This document shows, one piece after another, positions 34,499 through 40,985 of a stretch of 40,985 bases of DNA. The notes below the pieces were generated by a model, which was not told the DNA's origin, ran no database searches, and was given only the letters and a program-made list of their open reading frames with translations. A program made the translations under genes and the position numbers. Position 1 is the first letter of the stretch, and every line of letters starts with the position of its first letter. Source of the DNA: Parcubacteria group bacterium (GTDB lineage: Bacteria > Patescibacteriota > Patescibacteriia > UBA2169); NCBI GenBank assembly GCA_016177305.1, contig JACOVK010000061.1, positions 1-40,985 of the forward strand. The letters run 5' to 3'.

Positions 34499-35708
34499 AG
34501 CTCGCCCGTGTTTTTTTGAGCATCCGCGCGCACAATTCAAGCGTGCGCTCCCCAAACAAGCGAGATGAAAATTTTTTCTGCACCTGTTTCCGGGCTGTTG
34601 CTGTGAGCGCGTTGAGGCTTGTTTTTGGCATGCGCATCACTTGAGTAATCTGATGCGCAAGCAGGCGCGCGCTCGGCCTTTCTATTAAAAATCCGGTTTT
34701 ATTGTGGGTGATAATTTCGGGCGCGGCCCCGCTTTTGACCGCAATCACCGGTTTTTGCATGGCCATGGCCTCGGCATAGACCAGCCCGAACGCTTCTCTG
34801 GTGGACGGGGCAACCACGATGTCGCCGAGCGCATAGAGCGTGGGCATTTCCGCGCGGCTGAATTCGGGCAGCAACGCAACACGCGCGCTGATGCCGATTT
34901 TTTTAGTGAACGCGTTGAGCTCGTTGAGCGATTCCCTTTTTTGCTTTGGGTTATGCCCCTCATTTGAGGGGGCCAGCAGATGGAGGTTGTTGAATGCCGG
35001 GTGCGCCAGCGAGAGCGCCCGCGCGGCCAGGCCAAACCCTTTCTTTATGTTTAATTCGCCCGCAGAGGTGAACGGCCGGGAGGGGAAGACCGCGTACACT
35101 TGTTTCGGGTCCAGGTTGTAGCGCTTGAGCAGCGCGGCGCGGGTTTTTGGGAGAGGCTTGAATTGCTTGAGATCAATGCCGTTGTAAATGACATTAATGC
35201 GGCGGCCAGAAATTCCCTGTTTTACAAATTGCGATTTCGCGTATGTGCTTACGCAGACTATGGCATCCCACGGGAGCCTGGCGAGTCCCCTCTGCAGGGC
35301 TACGCTCCGGTGTTGGGCGTTTTGTGCGTTGTGTGCATGCTCAATGAGCGGAATGCCGGGGAAGCGCCGCGTGATGGTCCGGACGATTGCCCTGGTTCGT
35401 GCCGGGCCATAGGGAAAGGTCAGGTTGTGGCAGTAGATGATGTCCGGGCGGATATTCGCAACGATTTCGTGAAGCCATTGCGCGAGCGAGCGCGCGCTTG
35501 GCGCGTCCGGCCTGCTGCGGTTGAGCAGCGGAGTTCGTATGAGTTCGCCAAAGCCAGTTCTGCGGAATGTGGTTTTTTTGTCCATGGAGCAGGTAAGGAC
35601 AGTGTTGTGCACCCCGCGCTCCTTAAAGTATGCAAGCTGGCTCGCCATCATTGCCTCAACTCCGCCGGTTGAGGGAGGAAACCCAAAACTAATGAATATG
35701 ATGCGCAT
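34491..35708 (-). CDS. Glycosyltransferase family 4 (GT-B)
   Basis: MRIIFISFGFPPSTGGVE... N-terminus and the E-x7-E region EAFGLVYAEAMAMQKPVIA. I used the ATG at 35708. Confidence 0.8.
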   Translation of the reverse strand: MRIIFISFGFPPSTGGVEAMMASQLAYFKERGVHNTVLTCSMDKKTTFRRTGFGELIRTPLLNRSRPDAPSARSLAQWLHEIVANIRPDIIYCHNLTFPYGPARTRAIVRTITRRFPGIPLIEHAHNAQNAQHRSVALQRGLARLPWDAIVCVSTYAKSQFVKQGISGRRINVIYNGIDLKQFKPLPKTRAALLKRYNLDPKQVYAVFPSRPFTSAGELNIKKGFGLAARALSLAHPAFNNLHLLAPSNEGHNPKQKRESLNELNAFTKKIGISARVALLPEFSRAEMPTLYALGDIVVAPSTREAFGLVYAEAMAMQKPVIAVKSGAAPEIITHNKTGFLIERPSARLLAHQITQVMRMPKTSLNALTATARKQVQKKFSSRLFGERTLELCARMLKKTRASSS

Positions 35709-36930
35709 AGCTATTGCTTTTTTTCTTTTTAAGGCTCTCCCCGCTGCCATTTTTACTTGTCCCTGCCGCATAGAGGGCAACGAAACGTTCGGAAATAATG
35801 TTCCAGGTGAAGCGCTCTTCAACCACGCGTTTCGCGTTTTCGCCGAGGCGCTTGGATTTTTCTTCGTCTGCAAACAGCGCATTGACCTTTTCCGCGATGT
35901 CAGTCGCGTTGCGCGGCTTAACAAAGAGCCCGGTTTCGTTTTCTTTCACAGCGAGCGGAATGCCGCCCTTGCGCGTGGCTACCACGGGTTTTGCGTAGTA
36001 CATGGCTTCCAGGATCACGATCCCCAGGGCCTCGTCAATCACCGAAGGCGCAATAATGACGTCTGCCCGCGCGTAGAGTTTTTTGAGCTTTTCGGATTTT
36101 TCGCGCCCGATGTAGCCGAGGATGTGGAGGTTTTTGAGGCCGAGTTCGCGCTTGATGGTTTTAAGTTTTTTCATTTCCGGCCCGTCTCCGACAATGAGTA
36201 CGTCCCCGTTGATTTTGGCCGCAGCTTTAATAATGTATTCAACCCCCTTTTCTTCGGTGAGGCGGCCCACAAAGAGCGCAACCTTTTTTCCGGAGAGGCC
36301 ATACCGCCAGTCAACGGATCTGGTGTGCTGCTTTTTTTTGTGCTCTTCGGTGTTGATGCCTCCGGGAATGATGTTGGTTTTCCGCTTGAGCTCATAGCGC
36401 GATTGGCCCTCAAACATGTCCAAAAACCACCTCCGCGTGTGCCCGGAGACCGCGGTGATGCGCTTGGCATCCTTGATTGAGTGCACGGTCATATTATAGA
36501 ACCTGCGGTCTTCCTTTATGTGCTTGAGGTCGCTGCCGTGCGTGGTGGCGATGTAGCCAACCCCGGTGAGGTCGTGCACATAGCGCGCGAGCATGGAGAG
36601 GAGCCCCAAGTGATGGAAATGGATGATGTCCGGCTTAAAATGTTCAACCGCGCGGATGGCTGTGGCCAGGTACGCGCGGTACAGCTTGGTGATTTCCGCG
36701 GCCGTAAGGTCTTTGTAGCGTTTTGAGTCCTTCAGCTCGGGGTGCCCGATGAACACGGGCAGCGGGAACGGCGGCGTAACGCGGAACTGCCGGACTTTGG
36801 GAATCTGCCTCCGCTCCGGGGCCACGAGCGCAACCTTGTGCTTTTTAACAACCTCTGCCATGAGGTTTCGCAGGAACGTGCCGGACCCGTTTCCCCAGAG
36901 TGGGAAGTCATAGAGATACAGTATGTTCAT
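35689..36930 (-). CDS. Glycosyltransferase family 4 (GT-B)
   Basis: MNILYLYDFPLWGNGSGTF... and EALGIVILEAMYYAKPVVAT. The ATG at 36930 forms an ATGA overlap with the ruvC stop. Confidence 0.8.
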   Translation of the reverse strand: MNILYLYDFPLWGNGSGTFLRNLMAEVVKKHKVALVAPERRQIPKVRQFRVTPPFPLPVFIGHPELKDSKRYKDLTAAEITKLYRAYLATAIRAVEHFKPDIIHFHHLGLLSMLARYVHDLTGVGYIATTHGSDLKHIKEDRRFYNMTVHSIKDAKRITAVSGHTRRWFLDMFEGQSRYELKRKTNIIPGGINTEEHKKKQHTRSVDWRYGLSGKKVALFVGRLTEEKGVEYIIKAAAKINGDVLIVGDGPEMKKLKTIKRELGLKNLHILGYIGREKSEKLKKLYARADVIIAPSVIDEALGIVILEAMYYAKPVVATRKGGIPLAVKENETGLFVKPRNATDIAEKVNALFADEEKSKRLGENAKRVVEERFTWNIISERFVALYAAGTSKNGSGESLKKKKSNSYAHHIH

Positions 36931-37442
36931 AATTGTTTCTCCTTGGCCGCGCCCCGCGCTGTTCCGGCGGTGAATGATTTGGTTTGCCCCGCACAAATGG
37001 CGATGGCGAGCGCGTCTGCCGCGTCATCGGGCCGAGGAATGGTTTTGAGCGCGAGAATGATTTTTACCATGCGCTGTATCTGCAATTTACTCGCCGCGCC
37101 ATAGCCGGTTAATGCCTGCTTGACCTGCAGGGGAGTGTACTCCTGGACTTCGCATCCCGCGCTCTTTGCCGCGAGCAGGATAACGCCTCTCGCGTGCGCC
37201 ACGGCAATCGCGGTTTTGGCGTTCTTGGCAAAAAAAAGCTGTTCCACAGCAATGCGGTTAGGCTTGTGTTTTTTGATGAGCCCCTTTATCCCATCAAAGA
37301 GTTCTTGCAGCCGGTCCGGCAGGGTGTCGGCCTTTTTGGTGGCGATAGTTCCAAAGGCTTCGGCGCGAAACGAGTCGTTCGTTTTTTTGATTACTCCAAA
37401 TCCGGTGTCAGCTATTCCTGGGTCAATACCGAGGATAATCAT
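36927..37442 (-). CDS. ruvC: Crossover junction endodeoxyribonuclease RuvC
   Basis: ILGIDPGIADTGFGVI..., the internal EQLFF segment and the C-terminal DAADALAIAICH-like segment. Confidence 0.9.
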   Translation of the reverse strand: MIILGIDPGIADTGFGVIKKTNDSFRAEAFGTIATKKADTLPDRLQELFDGIKGLIKKHKPNRIAVEQLFFAKNAKTAIAVAHARGVILLAAKSAGCEVQEYTPLQVKQALTGYGAASKLQIQRMVKIILALKTIPRPDDAADALAIAICAGQTKSFTAGTARGAAKEKQL

Positions 37443-37975
37443 ACCGCATTGTCGTAGAAGTCGTTTATGTCTTCCAGCTCCCCGAGCGCGCCCGCGAACG
37501 CCTCAAATTTTTTCCTTGCTTCCGCATCAAGTGGAATGGTGCTCTTGGGAACGTACTCGCCGTTTTTGAATTCAAAGTTCCACATCACGGATCCGGATTT
37601 TCCCAATGTTCCGCCGTGTTTTGAGAACGCGTGCCGCAAATCCGAAACCGCGCGGTTGGTGTTGTCCGTAACCACTTTAACGATGAGTGCCACCCCGGCC
37701 GGGCCGTAGCCCTCGTACAGGGTTTCGGTGAGCGGTGACTCATTGCCTTTGCCGGTTCCGCGGTCAATGGCGCGCTGGATGTTGTCCTTGGGCATGTTCA
37801 CGGCGCGGGCCTGGTCTATGGCCAGGCGCAATTTGGCGTTGGTTTCGGGGTCCCCTCCGCGCTCGCGCGCCGCAATGGTGATGTTGCGGGAGACGCGCGT
37901 AAAAGCAGCGCCCTTTTTGGCGTCAGCCGCCGCTTTTTGGTGCTTGATTGAGTGCCATTTTGAGTGGCCGGACAT
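37439..37975 (-). CDS. yebC: YebC/PmpR family protein, short form (178 aa)
   Basis: MSGHSKWHSIKHQKAAADAKKG..F....R.I..AAR.GG.DPE.N..LR. It lacks the middle of the usual ~240-aa protein. An ATGA overlap joins it to ruvC. Confidence 0.85.
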   Translation of the reverse strand: MSGHSKWHSIKHQKAAADAKKGAAFTRVSRNITIAARERGGDPETNAKLRLAIDQARAVNMPKDNIQRAIDRGTGKGNESPLTETLYEGYGPAGVALIVKVVTDNTNRAVSDLRHAFSKHGGTLGKSGSVMWNFEFKNGEYVPKSTIPLDAEARKKFEAFAGALGELEDINDFYDNAV

Positions 37976-38006
37976 AACACTATCCTATCAAAAAAACGCG
38001 GAAGAA

Positions 38007-38345
38007 TCAACCAAACACAAATAGCAGTTTCTCTCTTATCTTTTGGAATTCATCCCGAGGTATGCTCGCTATTTTTTTCTCTAACCGCTGCTTGTCAAGC
38101 GCGCGTATTTGATGGACGAGCACGACCGAATCATAGTCAAGCCCTGATGCATCCTTAGCCAGGAGGTAGGTGGTAAGCTTTCCTTGGGCGCCAAGGTTTG
38201 TGGTGATTGGCGCTATGATGACCGTGCTTAGGTGCTTGTTGAGGATATTGGCTTGCATGATCAACACAGGCCTAAAGCCCGCTTGCTCGTGCCCCCTGGT
38301 CGGATTGAGGTTTGCGAGCGCTATGTCGCCTTGATGGAAATCCAT
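38007..38345 (-). CDS. mazF: Type II toxin, PemK/MazF family
   Basis: GDIALANLNPTRGHEQAGFRPVLIMQ...LSTVIIAPITT. Confidence 0.85.
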   Translation of the reverse strand: MDFHQGDIALANLNPTRGHEQAGFRPVLIMQANILNKHLSTVIIAPITTNLGAQGKLTTYLLAKDASGLDYDSVVLVHQIRALDKQRLEKKIASIPRDEFQKIREKLLFVFG

Positions 38346-38348
38346 AGG

Positions 38349-38681
38349 TTACTTGATGGATGGCTGTATGGCAACCCATTCGTCTTCAGACGGCAGGTCG
38401 TCAAAATGCATCCGCGCCAAATCTTGCGCGTCTTCAGCAAGTCTTTTTTCTAGCACGCTATCCAATCGGGTAAGCTTCTCTCTAACGGGCGCTGACTGCA
38501 GAGCGTTATCAAACATGCGCTCCTCAAGTTTATCTATGATCGTTTGTTCGTTCTGCACAAAATCCTGGAAGAACAGGTTTGTGAGTCCCGAAAGCGTAAG
38601 GCCTCGCTCGCGCGCTTTTTGGGTTACCCGCTTTTTGATTTTGGCGTTTGTCCTGATGTTGATGGTGGTGTCTTTGATCAT
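38349..38681 (-). CDS. Cognate antitoxin with a ribbon-helix-helix (RelB/DinJ-like) N-terminus
   Basis: TTINIRTNAKIKKRVTQKARERGLTLSGLTNLFFQDF. It ends 3 nt upstream of mazF. I preferred the ATG at 38681 to the GTG at 38717. Confidence 0.65.
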   Translation of the reverse strand: MIKDTTINIRTNAKIKKRVTQKARERGLTLSGLTNLFFQDFVQNEQTIIDKLEERMFDNALQSAPVREKLTRLDSVLEKRLAEDAQDLARMHFDDLPSEDEWVAIQPSIK

Positions 38682-38709
38682 GGGATTAATGTGGTTGATG
38701 ATGCTGTTA

Positions 38710-38728
38710 GTATACACAATGTGTATAC
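38710..38728. promoter_or_regulatory. Operator-like perfect palindrome GTATACACA-A-TGTGTATAC overlapping the TA promoter -10 region
   Basis: 9-bp arms, 29-47 nt upstream of the antitoxin ATG. It contains TATACT on the minus strand. Confidence 0.6.
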
Positions 38729-38744
38729 AAAAGTCAAAACGCTC

Positions 38745-38774
38745 AAAAACAGCCCACTGATAAGGCGGGCTGTT
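38745..38774 (-). terminator. Rho-independent terminator of the pilin-like operon
   Basis: On the minus strand: AACAGCCC-GCCTTATCAGT-GGGCTGTT followed by TTTGAG. Confidence 0.75.
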
Positions 38775-38790
38775 GGTGATTCGTTGCTAC

Positions 38791-39411
38791 TCAATTACAG
38801 GGCGCGTCACTAAGGGTTCCCCCGTTCCTTCGGCACCTGTTTTCAGTCATAATGAGGCAGTTATTGGCCCCGCATCCTTTCGTGCACCTGCAGTAGGTCT
38901 GCTTTTCGCATTGCGCGTTATAGGTTCCCCCAAGGGTTTGGCACTCTGATTCTGACCGAGGTACGCAGAACAAAAGCCCGCCACCAACATCAAATTCACA
39001 AAGTCCGCTTGTGCCGCCCCCATCCCCTCCACTGCCCACGGTGTCGGAGAGCTGGTTTACGGTAAAGTTGACGATCACGAACGCGAGCATAATAATGACA
39101 ATGCCGATGACCGCGTTGCGGATGTTGCCCTTTGCTTCCGTAACCTGTTCCTCATTGCCGGAGGCAGTCATCCACCGGAAACCCGCATAGATGATCATAA
39201 TCACCCCGATGAGCGCCACGAACCCGAGCGCTATGTTCACGATTGCCGCGATTTTCTCGGGAAGGCTTGCGTCCCCTTGGGTGCCGAGCCCGGTTTCGGT
39301 TCCAATAATGCCGAGGTTGTTTTTGAGCTGGTTGATGCCGGACACCGCGTGCGCCGGAGCAGCGGCCAGGAAGATGCTTGCCAGGGCAAAGGTTGCGAGT
39401 AGGGTTTTCAT
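38791..39411 (-). CDS. VirB2/TrbC-like (T4SS-pilin-like) protein P1 with an 85-aa C-terminal 10-Cys module
   Basis: Signal peptide ..AAAPAHA. TM1, then the loop YAGFRWMTASGNEEQVTEAKGNIRNA, then TM2. A Gly-rich linker and a Cys-rich tail follow. Confidence 0.65.
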   Translation of the reverse strand: MKTLLATFALASIFLAAAPAHAVSGINQLKNNLGIIGTETGLGTQGDASLPEKIAAIVNIALGFVALIGVIMIIYAGFRWMTASGNEEQVTEAKGNIRNAVIGIVIIMLAFVIVNFTVNQLSDTVGSGGDGGGTSGLCEFDVGGGLLFCVPRSESECQTLGGTYNAQCEKQTYCRCTKGCGANNCLIMTENRCRRNGGTLSDAPCN

Positions 39412-39417
39412 AGGAGG

Positions 39418-39810
39418 TTAGGAGCCGAGCACGTCAATGAGTGATTTGGTGACAAAGTTGGTGATGACGAACGCGAAGAATACCACCACGAGCCCGATGA
39501 CCGCGTTCCGGATGTTTCCGCGCGCCTCGGTAACCTGTTCCTCGTTGCCGCCTGCGGTAATCCACCGGAACCCGGCGTACAGGATAAAGACGACCGCGAC
39601 CACCCCGACGAACCCGAGCAGGATGTTGATGATTGCCGCGATTTTTGAGTACAGCCCGGCATCGCTTGAAACATTAACGCTCCCGAGCCCGGTTATCCTG
39701 CCTATTGAGTCAAGCTTAAAACGGGCATTCCCAACCGCGCTCGCATGCGCCGCAGACGCAACTGCAAACGTGAGTAAAAACGATACAATAGTTTTAATTA
39801 TGGTGTTCAT
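39418..39810 (-). CDS. VirB2/TrbC-like pilin-like protein P2 (core only, no Cys)
   Basis: Signal peptide ..ASAAHA and the core YAGFRWITAGGNEEQVTEARGNIRNA between two TM helices. I used the ATG at 39810. Confidence 0.65.
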   Translation of the reverse strand: MNTIIKTIVSFLLTFAVASAAHASAVGNARFKLDSIGRITGLGSVNVSSDAGLYSKIAAIINILLGFVGVVAVVFILYAGFRWITAGGNEEQVTEARGNIRNAVIGLVVVFFAFVITNFVTKSLIDVLGS

Positions 39811-39843
39811 GGTCGTTGCCGCCACGAGTAGCTTGGGTTAGGG

Positions 39844-40509
39844 CTACAGCGGTGGCGGGATGTCGCCGAAATCTAAATTACCACCCGAATCCAGGTTAGG
39901 ATCTATGTCTAGGGGGTTAATTGCTTCACATTCGGACCTGGAAACAATATCTCCGCCAAGACTGCCTGGTCCGACGCAGTCGTCTTGGCTCATGACTTCA
40001 CAGAGTTCGCCGTTATTATAATATCTGCAGTAAACATCATCTCCGCTCAGGCCCTCCAGATTGATAGGCGTTGACGGTCGCGTTGGGCCGGTAATGTCCG
40101 CTATCTGATTCAAGGTAAAGTTCGTAACCACGAACGCGGCAAACACGACCACAATGCCGATGACCGCACTCCTGATGGTAGCCTTGGATTCGGTCACCAC
40201 CTCCTCGTTTCCGCCGGAGGACATCCACCTGAATCCGGCGTAGAACATCTGCACGAAGAAGATGATGCCGACAAAACCGAGGATGACGTTGATGATGTTG
40301 CCGATGACCGAAAGCACCGCGTCTTCGCTTGAGTAGGCGTCCGGTTTAACGCTGCCGGTTAATCCGCCCGTGACCGCGGTTGCGTCCAAAAATTTAAGCG
40401 CGTCCTGCCCGGCCTGGCTGCGTTGCGCAAATGCCGAGTGTGGGATTGCCAAGAGTCCTGCCAACCCAAAGCACAGGAGCAGGCTTGCGAGGATGAGGCG
40501 TGTGGTCAT
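39844..40509 (-). CDS. VirB2/TrbC-like pilin-like protein P3 with a 75-aa C-terminal 4-Cys module
   Basis: Signal peptide MTTRLILASLLLCFGLAGLLAIPHSAFA, core YAGFRWMSSGGNEEVVTESKATIRSA, and a tail containing C-x8-C-x7-C..LGG..C. I used the ATG at 40509. Confidence 0.6.
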   Translation of the reverse strand: MTTRLILASLLLCFGLAGLLAIPHSAFAQRSQAGQDALKFLDATAVTGGLTGSVKPDAYSSEDAVLSVIGNIINVILGFVGIIFFVQMFYAGFRWMSSGGNEEVVTESKATIRSAVIGIVVVFAAFVVTNFTLNQIADITGPTRPSTPINLEGLSGDDVYCRYYNNGELCEVMSQDDCVGPGSLGGDIVSRSECEAINPLDIDPNLDSGGNLDFGDIPPPL

Positions 40510-40553
40510 ACGACGGCTGATGCGGTTACCACCTAGTCTGCCTGACCTATGAT

Positions 40554-40982
40554 TCACTGCAGCACGCCGCCAATCTGCGAGGTAACGAAGTTGGTGATGA
40601 CCCATGCCAGCATGATGATGACGAGCCCGATGACTGCCTGCAAGAGCATTTTTCTGGCTTCGCCGACCTGTTCTTCATTCCCGGATGCAGTCATCCACTT
40701 GAACCCCGCGTACAAGATGATAATCACCGCCAGGATTCCCAAGAACCCGAGCAGGATATTCACCACATTCGCGATTGAACCTTTGAGGTCCTGGTTTTGA
40801 CCCACATTAATCTGGCTGGCATCCGTCACGCCAAATGGATCGGCTTGTCTTGAAGCATTTGCGTCAACACAGATTGAGTTGCTACAGACGAGTCCCGAAT
40901 CGCACGTGTTTGAGGCATTACACGCTGCGCCTTCAGCTACGGCACCAACCGCGGCCGGGACAACAAGCGCGATTGCCATCAT
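40554..40982 (-). CDS. VirB2/TrbC-like pilin-like protein P4 with an N-terminal 4-Cys segment; the 5' end may be cut by the window edge
   Basis: Core YAGFKWMTASGNEEQVGEARKMLLQA between two TM helices. The N-terminal part carries ACNASNTCDSGLVCSNSICV. Confidence 0.6.
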   Translation of the reverse strand: MMAIALVVPAAVGAVAEGAACNASNTCDSGLVCSNSICVDANASRQADPFGVTDASQINVGQNQDLKGSIANVVNILLGFLGILAVIIILYAGFKWMTASGNEEQVGEARKMLLQAVIGLVIIMLAWVITNFVTSQIGGVLQ

Positions 40983-40985
40983 TCC

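Noticed and set aside
1-40985. CRISPR arrays, rRNA genes, transposases or integrases.
   Set aside because: I saw no regularly spaced direct repeats, no rRNA-like conserved stretches, and no ORF with DDE, tyrosine-recombinase or serine-recombinase motifs. The only mobile-element-like gene is the LAGLIDADG-like ORF.

Overview
This window is a dense and mostly housekeeping bacterial segment. The gene repertoire points to a reduced, probably CPR/Patescibacteria-like genome: short YidC, a domain-deleted YebC, TrmB-like regulators, an H+-pyrophosphatase, a LAGLIDADG-like ORF and T4SS-pilin-like paralogs. This lineage call is inference from gene content only.

Recognisable genes in order:
- DUF167 gene, then a two-tRNA operon
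- tig, plsC, hppA, nusA
- an Ig-repeat surface protein, yraN, a methyltransferase, gdh, trxB, trxA
- an AT-rich gap, then three tRNAs (Ala-CGC, Arg-CCU, Ala-GGC) and an AT-rich HTH/LAGLIDADG-like ORF
- bactofilin, a DAGK-like protein, a PRC-barrel protein
- yidC-yidD-rnpA-rpmH
- a small accessory island: TrmB-like regulator, two unknown ORFs, a stand-alone small RNA and an AT-rich ORF abutting gyrA
- gyrA operon, S1-like protein, ftsH, a membrane protein, dnaN, a DUF721/DciA-like gene
- a PBP1A-type gene, tyrS, two GT4 glycosyltransferases, ruvC, yebC, mazEF
- at the right edge, at least four tandem VirB2/TrbC-like pilin paralogs

Most interesting observations:
1. The pilin-like array carries interchangeable Cys-rich modules that are predicted to lie outside the cell.
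2. A roughly 94-nt RNA is bracketed by a consensus promoter and a terminator.
3. A 126-nt tRNA has an Ala-type acceptor stem and a roughly 49-nt insertion where the anticodon loop should be.
4. A hairpin element occurs twice with fully compensatory stem changes.
5. An AT-rich region holds a DnaA-box cluster, while the usual origin-region synteny is scrambled and no dnaA is present.

I saw no CRISPR array, rRNA gene or obvious transposase. All calls come from reading the sequence and motifs by eye, with no database search.
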